64,000 bases of DNA, from positions 117,304,001-117,368,000 of the forward strand of contig OZ024742.1 in assembly GCA_964016885.1 (NCBI GenBank), read 5' to 3'. Of the stretch, positions 38,306-51,914 are shown in pieces. The notes beneath the pieces were generated by a model. The model did no database searches and was not told the DNA's origin. It was given only the letters and a program-made list of their open reading frames with translations. The stretch's first letter is position 1. The number at the start of each line of letters is the position of its first letter. The position numbers were made by a program, and so were the translations under genes. This stretch comes from Eledone cirrhosa (lineage: Eukaryota).

Positions 38306-41300
38306 ATACGCTACATCCCTATTCCGGTATGGCTGTTTCATTGGTATAATGTAACGTAGACAAATATTTTCTCCATTCTCTCTCCATTTTTAACCCGTTA
38401 GTTCCATTCATTCACCATTCTCTATATTTTCTCTATCGTATTTCTCTATCGTATTTTCCAAAACAAATCTTGTGCTTGTTAAATTATGCCCAAAATACGG
38501 GGATCTTATTTATAACCTTACCTTCTCGCTAACTACCCAACATCCATCCCTCCCGCCCCCACGCACCACCATTATTACGTGGACCAATCATAAGTCAGAG
38601 GGCTATACTATCACTTACCTAGTTGCCTTCCGATATGATGGATGAACTACGGAATTCTGGAGAGTTGAAGAGAGAAAAATCTGGACGCTCAGCGACAATG
38701 CCAAAGATAAAGACAAATTCACCTCGTGGACGAGAATGCAAGCACTCCTCCTTGTTTCGGCCGCGGATGGCTAAGATAACCCCAACTCCGCTATCCCCCC
38801 CCCCCCGCTCCCCACCGCTCCCACCCTCCAAACACAATCCAAAACTTCAGAGTTGGTACCATGAATGTAGGCACCTTAAAGGGTCGCTCTAACGAGGTTG
38901 TGGAAATGCTTGAACGTAAGAAGGTCGATGTTTGTTGTATTCAAGAGACCAGGTGGAGGGGAGGGTCTGCTAGATTCATCGTGGGTAAAGAACGATGCTA
39001 TAAGCTTTTCTGGGTGGGAAATGACAATGGGCTGGGTGGAGTAGGAATCATGGTAGCAGAAAAGTGGGCACATAAGATAATAGACGTAAATAGAGTGAAC
39101 GACAGAATAATGAAAATAAGACTCAATAGAACTACGGTGACAGTAATATCTGCGTGCGCACCCCAATCCGGACTGCCCAGCGCTATAAAAGATAGATTCT
39201 ATGAGACACTGATGCTCGCTACCTCCCAAATAACCGACAGTGACTATATAATTATTGCAGGCGACCTAAACGGTCACGTTGGACAACATTGTGATGGCTA
39301 TGACGGAATCCATGGAGGCTATGGGTTTGGTACTAGAAATGAGGAAGGCTCCAGAATCCTCGAATTCTGTGACGCAAATAACCTAACTATCTGTAACACT
39401 AACTTCAAAAAACGAGACAATCACTTGATCACCTATAGATCGGGGGAACACACAAGCCAGGTAGATTATATCCTTACCAGAAGACGTGACAGAGTGTCTG
39501 TTGTTAACACTAAATCCCTCCCCCATGAAGAATGCACCTCCCAACATAGACTGATAATTAGCGACCTCATAGTCAGGACGAGACGTACTAGACAGCAGAA
39601 GAGGACTATCCTCAGGAGAAAAATATGGAAGCTAAAGGACCCCACAGCCAGAAATAAATTTCAAAGCATATTACTTGATGCTTTCGACAGTAAGGAAGAG
39701 CATTTAGAGTCGTATAATATAGAGGAACAGTGGGAATTCCTGAAAACAAACCTGCTGACGGCGGCAGACAAAGTCTGTGGCTGGAGCAGGCCTGTAGGTA
39801 GGAGGAGAGTAACATGGTGGTGGAACAGTAAGGTGGAGGAGTCAATTAAGGCCAAAAAGCAGGCTTGGAAAGTATGGCGGGATGGGGTAAGTAGAGAAGA
39901 CTATCAAGTGGCCAGGAGGAAAGCTAGGAGACAAGTGTACTTCGCAAGAAGGGAAGCAGAGGAAAGAAAGTTCAAGCATGTTCTACAACGCGAGGACCAA
40001 AGACATGAGGTGTTCAGGATTGCTAGGCAATGTGTCAAGGAAAACCGTGATATTGTCGGGGAGAAGTGTGTACTTAATGATGAAGGTGTACTTGCCATCA
40101 CTGACGCTGATAAGAAGGTAGCTTGGAAGAGTCACTATGAAAGGCTTCTAAATGAGGAGAATAAATGGTAAAAAGACAGTCTCCCCCACATCGACCCAAT
40201 AGAGGGACCAGCAGTGTTAGTCGAAGGTAGTATAATAAGTAAGGCAATCAAAGATATGAAGACAGGCAAGGCAGCTGGGCCTTCGGAGATAGTTGCTGAG
40301 ATGTTGAAGGCATCTGGTATGGTGGGACACACTATGGTCAACCGTATAGTTAACCAAGTAATACAGAATGGGGTCATACCGAAAGACTGGCGTAGCAGCG
40401 TCATGATTAACTACCACAAGGGTAAAGGGGATGCTCTAGATAGGGGAAACTATAGAGGCATTAAGTTAGTTGACCAAGTCATGAAGGTCACAGAAAGAGT
40501 TATAGCGCAACTAATCAGAGAGCGAATTGATCTAGATGAAATGCAGTTTGGATTTGTGTCAGGTAAAAGTACCACGGACGCTCTTTTCCTTGTACGACAA
40601 CTACAAGAGAAGTACCTAGCTAAAAGTAAACCCCTATACTTAGCTTTTGTTGACTTGGAGAAAGCCTTCGACAGAGTCCCCCGTTCCATTATCTGGTGGG
40701 CTCTTAAAAAACTAGGTGTTGACGAATGGCTTGTGAGAGCTATACAAGCCATGTATAAAGAAACAGTCAGCAAGGTTAGAATTAACAACGAATATAGTGA
40801 AGAGTTTAGCGTAAAAGTTGGTGTCCATCAGGGCTCTGTTCTTAGCCCCCTACCATTTATTATTGCCCTTCAGGCTATAACAGAGGAGTTCAAGACCGGC
40901 TGCCCATGGGAACTCCTATACGCAGATGATCTAACGCTCATAGCTGAATCAATGGCCGAGCTAGAGAAGAAATTCCAAACATGGAAGCATGGCCTAGAAT
41001 CAAAAGGCCTTAAAATTAACCTGGCTAAGACTAAAGTTCTAGTTTGTAGGAAAGAAAATAAGGCGCCGGTCCCTTCCGGGAAATGGCCATGCTCAGTGTG
41101 TAGGAAAGGCGTAGGTAGAAACTCTATTTTATGTCCCAAATGCAAAGTATGGGTGCATAAAAGATGTAGTGGGATCACAGGTAAGCTAACTAAGAACATA
41201 GATTTTACATGTGGCCGGTGCTCTGGTGCAATAAGTAGCAGCAAGTGCCCACAAAATACTAGCTCTTTCAATTGCGGAGAGGTTTCTATAGAAATAGTGG

Positions 41301-42268
41301 ACAGCTTCCGTTACCTGGGTGATAAAATCAGCAGTGGGGGAGGGTGCTCTGAAAGTACAGTAGCTAGAGTCAGAACTGGTTGGAAAAAGTTCAGAGAGCT
41401 TATACTACTATTAGCCACTAAAGGGTTCTCCCTAAGAATGAAAGGCAGGTTGTATGATGCCTGCATACGAACAGCAATGTTGCATGGCAGTGAGACCTGG
41501 GCATTGTGTGCAGAGGATATACGCAGACTAGAGAGGAACGAAGCTTGCATGCTCCGCTGGATGTGTAATAGTAACATATGTGAACGGCAAAGCATAAGCG
41601 AACTAAGGAAAAAATTAGAAATAAGAGGGATCAGATGTTGTTTACTAGAGAGAAGGCTACGTTGGTATGGTCGCGTGATGCGCATGAAGGACGATAGCTG
41701 TATTACAAAGTGCAGGGCAATAAAGATAGACGGTAGCCACGGAATAGGCAGACCCAGAAAAACCTGGGACGAGCTGATAAACTCCGACCTCACACACTTA
41801 CACCTCACCAAGACAATGTCACTGGACCGAGACCTTTGGCGGTACTCAGTAATAGAGAAGACCCGCCTTACCTAAATACAAAGTAAAACCTACTACAGTC
41901 AGTGGGCATCTCTAACAAAATACACCCCCGTCCCACCACCCCCACCCCATCCACACCGCCCCCTTCTATGTAAAGTTATGTTGGTGCCACACCATCCAGG
42001 CCGAAACAAATGAGATCGTGTAGGTGTCACGACAAAAAAACACACAGTCCACGCTGTAATGTGGCCGTGTAGGCAACACGGTAAAAACCTCCCAGACCCA
42101 CACTGTAAATGTGGTTGGTGTTAGGAAGGGCATCCAACTGTAGAAAACCTGCCAGACAGTCCTATGCGAGCAAGACAATCACTCTTGCCTCAAGTGGGAA
42201 AACCCCCGTCCAAACCCATGCAAGCGTGGAACACGGACGTTAAACGATGATGATGATGATGATGATGA
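38306..42268 (+). mobile_element. Near-full-length RTE LINE: 5' UTR, single ORF (APE endonuclease, RT with PHD insert), 3' UTR
   Basis: ORFs 38861..40171 and 40214..41875 share one frame, separated by TAA at 40169 (GAA/GAG in the other copies). The upstream ORF from ATG 38636 joins with a 1-nt frameshift near 38847. The 5' boundary is approximate. Confidence 0.96.
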
Positions 42269-42271
42269 TAC

Positions 42272-42320
<49 letters not shown>

Positions 42321-42321
42321 C

Positions 42322-42425
<104 letters not shown>

Positions 42426-43799
42426 TTACATATATATATATATATATATACATACAGTTTTGCCTGCAATCCAGTTTCTGTTGCATTGTTTATTCAATGG
42501 CAAAGAATTAAATAGAAATAAATTAAATTGTATTCTATGATATCATCTCTACACTTGCAAGAACAATATATGATGTCAAATAGATAAGTGAAGTGAATTG
42601 TTCCTTCACATAAACAATATCCTACTTAATAATATGATTGTTCTTATAAACAAAATACTACACATAGGAATGAAAAGGGATTCTAAATCTTAATATTTGG
42701 AGATATTTCTGTCTATAAAAGGTTTCACTTTAAATTTTTTGTCTTTTTGATTTCAATAGAATTCTTGGATGCATCTGTCATCATTTTATCACTTTATATC
42801 ATTCATTTTTATTTGACATTGTATTTCTCATATATTTGACAATATTATGTGAATATTTGTTATACTTCTTTGTAAAGTATATGTGTGTGTTACAATGTAT
42901 TTTAGAAAGCAAAACAATTGATATAAACCCAGTGGCTACTGATGATAGGAAATATAACTGGTGTTTATACAAAATTGTTCCCTTATGAAATCATGTGAAT
43001 TCATTCCTTTCATTGTGTATTATGAAATGAGATATGCATATGTGTGTATGTATGTATATATGTATGTATGTATATATGCTATATATGAATGGATGGATGG
43101 ATGTATGCATGTATGGATGTATCTATGAGTTTGTATGAATGTATGTATGAGTGTATATGTATAAATGTGTGTGGTTAAATATGCATGTGTTTGTATTGTG
43201 GGAATAGATGAGGAAGAAGAATGTGTGCACTCTTCACAACCCAACAAGTGGAGGACTGTCGAGAGGAAAGAGAAAAAGGGTGTGAGAAGGAGCAGCGAGA
43301 TGAAAGAAATTCAATACAATGCCAAAAAGAGGAGAGAAGTGAGAGGAAAGAAGGAAGGATGAAGATGAATGAAAGAAAAAGGAAAATATATATATAATGT
43401 TACTGAGAGGAAGAAAGGAACAATGATGTTATATATATATATACATAGATAGCTCAGAGGAGAAAGAATATTGAGAATGTGTGTATATATGTTTATTTGT
43501 GTGTGTGTGTATATATATGCATGTGTATGTATGTTGATTTGTGTGTGTATATATGTATGTGTACGTGTTCATCACAACTATTACCTTGATAAAAAAATGT
43601 TTGCAGGATGTTCCAGTATAGAATTCTATTGTGTTATTTATCAAACATTGATATGATAAATCTCACTGTTATAGCAGTTGTTATATAATCAATGTTACAC
43701 ACATAATATTATTGGGAACATTAGTCTCAAACTAAAGTTAACACAAAATAGAGTTCAAACAAGCAACAACTAAATAAATGAAATATATTTAGTATAGAT

Positions 43800-44180
43800 A
43801 TGTGGTTAAGGTGTTTCTTCAAGATTTGGGTTCAATCCCAATACGTGACACTTTCAATAGTCTTGCATTGATCAATGCCTTGTGAGGGAAATTTGGTAGA
43901 CAGAAACTGTGTAGAAACACCATCACATATGTATGTGTGTGTGTGTGTGTACATGTGTTTGCATGTATGTGCGTGTGTACATGTGTGTCTGTGTCTGTCT
44001 TTGTTTCCATTTACTGTTTGTTTATATCCTATAATTTAACAGTGTCACAAATTAAGATTGATGACATCAGTATTAAACTTGAGAAAATTAGTACTGGGGT
44101 TGATGTAATGAATTAAATCCCATCAAGTCAGTGTCCAAGATGGCCACAATCTAATGTCTGAAACCAGTAAAAGCATAAAA
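43800..44180 (+). mobile_element. Old tRNA-derived SINE with internal (TG)n
   Basis: gggttcaatccc B-box; gaaatttggtagacagaaactg shared with 12875, 20320(-) and 28935(-); ctgaaaccagtaaaag tail. Confidence 0.65.
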
Positions 44181-44329
44181 CAATTATGCTTTACATTATG
44201 TACTGTGTGCTTTTCTTGTGGTACCAGTAATAGGGAGTTTGTCATGTCCCCCGCAAGACTAGTGACTCTCAACTTCATGTTGCCTCTATTTGCTCAAGGC
44301 AAATATGATAGAGATAGTAAATAGAAAAG

Positions 44330-44635
44330 AGAGTGATGAACAAGTGGTTAAAGAAATAGTCTATTAGTGTGATAGAAACAAGAGAGTAATAGGGGAGGGA
44401 ACAATGGAAGAGAAAGAGAGTCATAGGGGAGGAAATGATGGAGAGAAAAAGAGTGATGAGGGAGGGAATAATAGAAAGAGAGAGAGAGTGATGGGGGAGG
44501 GAATAAGGGAGAGAGAGAGGTGATGGGGGAGGGGATAATGGAGAGAGAGTGATAGGGGAGGAAATAATGGAAGAGAGGGGTAGGGGGGGGAATAATGGAG
44601 AGAAAGAGAGGAAGTGTTAGAGAGAGAAAGAGTGA
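44330..44635 (+). repeat. Purine-rich ~30-bp tandem repeat
   Basis: Repeated gagagtgat(a/g)ggggagggaataatggagagag units. Confidence 0.85.
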
Positions 44636-45091
44636 CAGTTATGCATTAGTTTTTGGTAGAGATTGATGAGAAAAACAGCATGAGCAATGTGATAGGATAA
44701 CAATTAAGATATCAGGGGGAGAGAAAGTGATAGCTAGTAGTAAAAAAAGGATGATAGTAGGAGGTACTGATTATAAAGATGCTGGTTGTCTGAAATTCAC
44801 ATGGCATCCCCTCTATAGTGTTATTAAATTTCTCTCTGTATGCTACTGGGAGTTCTCAGTTAGTTCAGTTATTGTCATGCACTTTTAACCATTTCTCATG
44901 CTCCCTACTCTGGTAATGAAATAAACTTGTTTGTGTTTTTTATACTTATGTTGCAGCATCTCAATTAATGGAAGGTTCGTTTTCCTTTCTTAAATTTAGT
45001 GATGTATTAGCCATATATCCTCTAAGCGTATATAAGTAAATAAAACAATAATTAGTTTAAAATATACTAAATGCTTTGTTTGTTTTTGATA

Positions 45092-45318
45092 TACCCTTTA
45101 GCATTTAAACCGGCCATATCTGGCCAGAAATCTCTCACCTCTTCCTGTTCAAATCGGCTGTAACTGGCCACTCATACTTATGTTAAGGTATTGTTCTCAA
45201 AATAAATAACATCAAAATCTCATAGATTCAATATCATGTGAGATAATTATTGGAGGTAAAGCCTTTACCATGAAAATATAGTAGTATATATAAAGTAATG
45301 TAAATGCTAAAGGTTTAA
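45092..45318 (+). mobile_element. piggyBac-like MITE
   Basis: ccctttagcatttaaa...taaatgctaaaggtttaa inverted termini, TTAA on the right; homologous to 12275-12502. Confidence 0.7.
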
Positions 45319-45959
45319 CGTACAAAATGATAAGAAATTAATTCAGAGAATGATAATCATTGGTAATTAGAATTTTTGAAAGATTTACACAAATAATAAT
45401 TGGGTTAGTTGTGTCTTTAAAATCCTCAAAAAGTGAAACTCAAATTTAATATTCACTCAATAAAGTAATTATATTCCCTTTAAAATTTACAAGAAAGAGT
45501 ATTCATATTTGTACTCATACATACTGTATCTATATAATCAGCATCATTTAACATCAATTTTCTATTCAAGCAAGGTTTGGAGTGACCCTCATAGACCATG
45601 TCAGTACTTCATCAGAGCTACTGACCTTTTAAATAGACAGAAGCCACATTATGGTGATCGATTTTGCAAATTATTTGCCAATCATCTCATGTTGATTATG
45701 CCTGTGTTGATGAAATAACAAGGTATCTCAAATTATAGGTCAATTGAATAATATTTAGAAGTTGCACACGTTCACATCTTTTTATTTATGACAATATTTT
45801 TTAATCTGGCCTGTAGTGTATTGACATTTCTGTTCACTTTACTGAATCCAATGAGGAAACCACAGGACAGAATAAAAAGAAAAGAACATAGGCAAAAGGA
45901 ATACATTCCTAATAATAATATTAGGGCTAAAAAGAGAAACCCTTTTTATGAATGAAATT

Positions 45960-46960
45960 TATAACTGGAAATGGCTCCCTTTGTCCTCCGTTTTCTTTGC
46001 TTGGCAACAATTTTTAGGAAGAACTGTTTTTGATTTTCATCCTTTGTAGAATCATTAAACCTCTTTATGAAATAAATCCCTCACTCAGCAGTGTCGTTTA
46101 CAACTTTCAGAGCATATACAGATGCTTTGATATCGCTGTCAGTGCAAAAATCTAAATTATTTGGGACAATGTCAAGCAGATAGGAAAAGTTATTTGTTTT
46201 CTTTGTAACAAAGTTACTCAGTTCTTTGTTGCTGAAAGCTATTCCTTCAATCTTCATTTTTCCTTTTTTGTTAGATTTTGGAACATTATTTTCTTCTCAT
46301 CCAGTTCAAGTCAAAGAAAGCCAATACTACTAACTCTTCTGACAATACTACAGGTGACACCAAAGGACTGCCTCTGCCACAGTTCTGATCTGTTGTAGCA
46401 GCTTCATCAAATTGAGATCATTCTTTGTAGCCCATCTGGGAACTATTGCTTTGTTTCAGAGTTTTACATACACCAAAGTCACAAAGTAAGTGACTTTTTC
46501 TAGATCTCTTGACTCACTTGGTGTAAGCTAAAGTTGTTCTTTGAACAGAACTATCTTGATCACATATATGGCCTTAACCATCCAAATATCCTTGTGGTAA
46601 GCTCCTGGGACCAGGAGGAAGAACTGGGGAGTTCACCAACCACCAAGATAGAGAAGGGAGAAAGCAGTACAGTCAGTAGTTATTCAACCCTCTCATCCCT
46701 CTTTTTGCTTGTAAATATCTTCCATGGGCTCATCATCGTCCAAAATAGTTTCATGATGAGACTTATCTTTGGAGTCTCAATGTTCCTGGAATTTTTTGAA
46801 CAGTGGGAGACAGGTACCAGATGATAGGTGCAAGATGCCAAAGACTTTCTTCAAAACCAGTTCAAGAATGTGACAGCAGCAAGCCAGCCACATGGTGGAT
46901 TATTTCAGAACTGCTGGTCAAGAACTGGGTTTGAAGTCCTATAGTCAAGTTTGTCATTGT
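45960..46960 (-). pseudogene. Degraded hAT-superfamily (hATm-like) transposase
   Basis: Manual minus translation: WLACCCHILELVLKKVF...PLFKKFQ...PGAYHKDIWMVKAIYVIKIVLF...SEELVVLAFFD...ALKVVNDTAE*GI...TKDENQKQFFL. Subgroup assignment is from memory of the LACRHH/HHARWMAKAIY/VVNDxAER motifs. Confidence 0.78.
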
Positions 46961-47309
46961 GATTAGCTGGCAGGGGGGCTCTTGCTAAGGGAGAGGATGA
47001 GAGATGGGGGAAGAGGGGCAGAGAATGGTAGGTGTATCTATACAGGGGAGGAGGCAGGGGAAGGAAATAATTTGGGTGGGGGTAGAAATAGTTAATAGGC
47101 AGGAACAGAGGAAGAGAAGAAGAACAAATAGATATATGGAATCATAAAAATAAAAAGTGAAAGAGGTGAGGAGTTGGACATGCACACATAGAGATTAGAA
47201 GGTAAATACATAAATGGATTTTTTAAAGAAATTTTAAAAAGGTTTATATAGTAATAAATAAATTAGTAAGTAAATTGGTGAATAAGATAAAATAAAATGT
47301 TGTAAATGC

Positions 47310-48909
47310 TTAATTAGATCTCCTGGTCTTGATGGTGTTACGTACCTGCTTCTTAAACGTGGTGGGTACTTCCTTCTGCACCAGTTATTTAGCTTCTTCC
47401 AATTCTGTCTGAACAACAGTGCTACTCCAGAACAGTGGAAAACTGCCAGTGTCATTCTTCTGTTCAAAAAGGGTGACCACACATCACTTGTGAACTATCG
47501 TCCAGTCAGTCTTACTAGTTGCATCGCCAAACTGATGGAATCCTGTGTCAGAGAAACACTTTGGAACTTCTGGAGCTCTCACAGTCTTATCCGGCCCTCG
47601 CAATTTGGATTTATCCCCAACTCCAGCTGCTGTGATCAACTTATAGAGTTTCTTGAGGACATCACCCGGATCACTGATGGCGGCTCATGGGTGGATGTTG
47701 TTTACCTTGACTTTGCAAAAGCCTTCAATTCTGTGCCACACAAAAGGCTTATGGCAAAACTCTCTGCAATGGGTGTGAAGGATGATCTTTTTAACTGGTT
47801 GAAGTCCTTCATTCTCAGTCGAAGAGAGGTAGTCACGTTTCTGGGACAGCATTCCTCACCATATGAGATGTCATCTGGTATACCACAGGTATCTGTTCTT
47901 GGCCCCCTTTTGTTTGTGGCATGTATTAATGACATGGATGCCAACTTAAAGAATGCCACAGTACTAAAGTACGCAGACGACATCAAGCTGTACCTTGAGA
48001 TAAAAAGGACAGATCCTGAACACTATAGATCTTGCTTGCAGTCTGACCTGGACACAATGCAACAATGGATCTCAGACTGGCAACTCAAGCTAGCTGTGGA
48101 CAAGTGCACCACCATGCATTTTGGGAGTAAAAACCCAGCGTCCACATACTCCCTCCACAGCACTAATATCAAGAAGTCTTCTTGTGAACGTGACCTGGGC
48201 ATTACGGTCAGCAGCGATTTGCATTGGACAAAGCACATCTCTAAAATTGTCAAGAGGGCCGAGGGTGTCTTGGCATCACTCAGCAAGACCTTTGTCAGCC
48301 GCTCTCCAGATATCTATTTAAGGCTGCACATGGCTATGGTGCGACCACACTTAGAATTTGCATCACCAGTCTGGAACCCCTATCTTGCTCAGAACATTGA
48401 CTGCCTGGAAACTGTTCAGAGACGTGCAACCAAGCGAATACCCTCCATCAGGCATCTACCATACTCTGAGCGCCTTGCTTCCCTGGGCATGGATACATTG
48501 AAGCTCCGACGCCTGGCAACTGACTTGGTAAACACCCACAAAATTGTTAACCATGTTGCCAACAACAACCCTGAGTACCTTTTTGATTTCCATGTGTCTA
48601 ACACACGTGGACATGCCCACAAAGTAAGAAAACAGCACAGTTCCCATGACTTTCGGAAACATTTTTTCACGCTCAGAGTTGCTGAAGCATGGAACAAACT
48701 ACCTGTATAGGTTGTTGGCTGTCGAGACACTGCATCCTTTAAGGCCTTCATGCTTCCCGAGATCCGCCAACACTACAGCTAACACATACACACATATACT
48801 TCTCTGACATTTGTGTATTATTCTATGTACTATACATACACCTTTGACGAGTTGTAGTGCACCTGAGCACTTTACACAATAATTTCATTATTATTATTAT
48901 TATTATTAT
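47310..48909 (+). mobile_element. 5'-truncated CR1-clade LINE with open RT ORF (47490-48710) and (ATT)n tail
   Basis: SPGLDG, NYRPVSLTS, SQFGF, YLDFAKAF, YADD, ERDLG, VRPHLEFASPVW, VQRRATK, WNKLP. The 3' UTR is duplicated at about 52600-52765. Confidence 0.95.
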
Positions 48910-49189
48910 AAATAAGTGAATAATAGGTGAGTGTTACTTGTTGTAAAGTATGTATATTATCACAATGACAAGCTTGACCACAGGACTACCAACCCAGCTA
49001 GAGACCTAATTCAACACATCCTACATAAATTCTAGAGAGAAAAATTATTATTCATGATCTTTTCTTCTTTTCAGGTTATAGTTACTGTCGCTCAGAGAGT
49101 GGGATTGGCTCAGTGCACTGTCTTTCCTCACTTAAAAAAAATCTTCATGCACAAGCATTGCACAATAGCATTAATTAATAATTATTAAT

Positions 49190-49368
49190 AATTGTTTCTA
49201 CTATTGGCACAAGGCCAGCAATTACCCAGTACATTACTGGTACTTTATTTTATCGACCCCGTAAGGATGAAAGGCAAAGTTAACCTCGGTGGGATTTGAA
49301 CTCAGAATGGCAAGGGCCGTAACTCTATGCATCAAAGCATGGCATCCGACCCTCTACTGATACTGCCA
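49190..49368 (-). mobile_element. Meta-domain SINE
   Basis: Near-identical to 10641-10826. Confidence 0.88.
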
Positions 49369-49614
49369 AAATGTTATGTCATGCAATGGCCATACTCGAT
49401 AATGAGGGGGCAGCTATTATATATATATAAACTTACAGAAAGATAGGGATCATTTAAAATTTTAAATGTAGTTACCTATAATAATAGTTTAGAAAATCAG
49501 ATAAAATACCATCTGGAAGCAAAAGAAAGTGGATCTAAGTACTTGCGGTGAATCGAATGCCAGGCTTCTCAACTTCTATTTATAATGATTAGATATTATT
49601 ATAGTTATTTACGT

Positions 49615-49787
49615 AGATTGGCAGTATCGGTAGAACGTTGGATGCCATGCTTTGCAGCATAGAGTTACGGCCCTTTATGGTCTGAGCTCAAATCCCGCCG
49701 AGGTTATCTTTGCCTTTCATCCTTATGGGGGTCGATAAAATAAAGTACACTGGGTAATTTGCTGGCCTTGTGCCAAAAGTAGAAACA
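49615..49787 (+). mobile_element. Meta-domain SINE with TSD attatagttatttacgt
   Basis: Duplication at 49598-49614 and 49788-49804. Further partial copies at 52838-52945, 53970-54080 and 54378-54474. Confidence 0.88.
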
Positions 49788-51483
49788 ATTATAGTTATTT
49801 ACGTTGGGACGACTACATTTTGAATTTCATCTATCTCTCTATATATAAATAGTCAATAGAAATTTAAGAAACTTATTGAAACCTTATAAGACAGAAGAAT
49901 CGTGAAACTCATTATGTAGAGGAGTTGTGAGACAAAAACTATACTATAAATAACACTTTAAAATATTTTAGACAAAAATATTCTCCACTCAGGAATTTAC
50001 AAAACCATGCCATCTAAACATATGTTGATTAGCTGCTTCTCCTTATACATGGGCTGGGGTTAGGCTTATATTCAGATTGACTTATACATGAATATATATG
50101 GTAGTTCTGTTTTCATCAGTATAGAAATGCCAGTGGGCATCATCTACAAAGGGCTAAGCCATTTGAATTTCAACATAAACTTGCTAGATGGTTTGCTAAA
50201 TTTTTTACCAGATTAAGCACTATCATCAAACCCTTGGATGCCTTATGCAAAGTGGGCTTTGTTATGAACATTCAGGCCATCTCTTTGGTTTGAAGATAAC
50301 TTTCCCACTTCTTCATTCCAATCTCAAAGGTCCTAAAAAAGATTATGAGCACTGTTATTTCTCCACTGACTTAGCCATAGAAAATGATATACCGCAACTT
50401 ATAAGAGTATAGTATTGGTATCAGGGTAACCAGATATTGTGTGATATTTATAATGGTCTCTCTTCTATCATTGTCAACAAAATCACTGTTTCAGCTTTTG
50501 TCCTCAAATTTTTATAGAATTTCTTTTTCTGTTATAATTTCCAATAACATCTAGCATGCTTTATAGGAATATTAAATCAACTCCAACACTTCATTAGTAC
50601 TTTGATTTATCACTCCCTGAAAAATGAAAGGCAAAATTCACTTCAGCAAGGACATCAAAGCCTGAGCATAAATGGCCATAACTACTGAACTGAAGATCAG
50701 AAGCTTTACCGTAATATTTGGATATTTATCCTGTCATAGTTTGTGATTTGCACATCTGATTTATTTCAATTAGTTTTATTCTGCTTTTAATAAACTTATT
50801 TCATAAAATGATCCCTCTTCTCTAGAGTCAGGTCATCGACTGAAATATTGTATTTTAACACGGGCTTAAGGCTTTTAATTAAAATATTCCCATGTGTACA
50901 TGTTGCTTCCAGTTTGTATTAACATGATCATCCAACTATATAAAATGTTTCTATGATCAAATGAACTTATACAGAATAGCTGAGTCATCCAGATTAGTTT
51001 TTGAAAATGTTAGATAAGATTTGTTTAAGAGAAGAAAAAATACAACATTCAAGATAAAATTTTAAAAAGTCTAATGAAACATAAACAAGTACAACACAGA
51101 AATTTGATTCAATTGCATCATTTAATGCATGTTAAATACAGCTCCATGTTAGAAAGAAAATTAGATCAACAAATTTTATTTGATACAAAAATTTACATCA
51201 CTATAAATATGTTTTCAGTTCAATTTAATCTAATTGTCCCCTTAAATAGATTTTCAAGCTTTATTTAGACAAATATTTATAAAACAACTTATAAATTTTC
51301 GTTTGTTTCACAATTAGTAAACACTTGGTTACAGTTTTACAATTGTTCTTTGGTAAAATTGACGAAGTGTTTCAAATTTGATGTAGAAAAAATATTTACA
51401 AAAGTACCATTTTTACTGTTGATTTTTCTCTGATGTTTATATCCTTTGCTAATATACATCAGAGAAATACATATATATATATT

Positions 51484-51818
51484 CCGAATCTGGAAGCATG
51501 ATCTAGAATTAAAGGGCTATAAAATCAATCTGATAAAGTAGAAGGGAAACAGGTCCCTCATCCCTTCAGGGAAATGGCCTTGCTTAGTGTGCAGGAAAAG
51601 AGTAGGTAGAAATTCCATCTTCTGTCCCAAATGTAAACTCTGGGTATGCAAGAGATGTAGTGGGATCTCGGGCAGGTTAGCTAACAATGTAGGTTTATAC
51701 GTGGCCATTGCACAGGAGAAGTAAGCATCAAATGCCACAAGAAACTAGCTCTATCAAATTCTTGGAGTGTTCAATAGAAGCAGTAGACAGCTTCTGCTAC
51801 TTGGGTGACCAAATCAGC
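51484..51818 (+). mobile_element. RTE internal fragment centred on the PHD finger
   Basis: PSGKWPCLVCRKRVGRNSIFCPKCKLWVCKRCSGISG...VDSFCYLGDQIS. Confidence 0.85.
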
Positions 51819-51914
51819 TATTTAATTAGAAAGTGAACAACACAAAATATAACTACTCAATCCAGAAACCTTTGGTAATGGAGTAATTATATTTTGTGTT
51901 GCTCACTTTCTAAT

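Noticed and set aside
49056-49170. Acceptor-like ttttcttcttttcag and a short open frame
   Set aside because: No donor site, the frame terminates, and there is no supportable homology.
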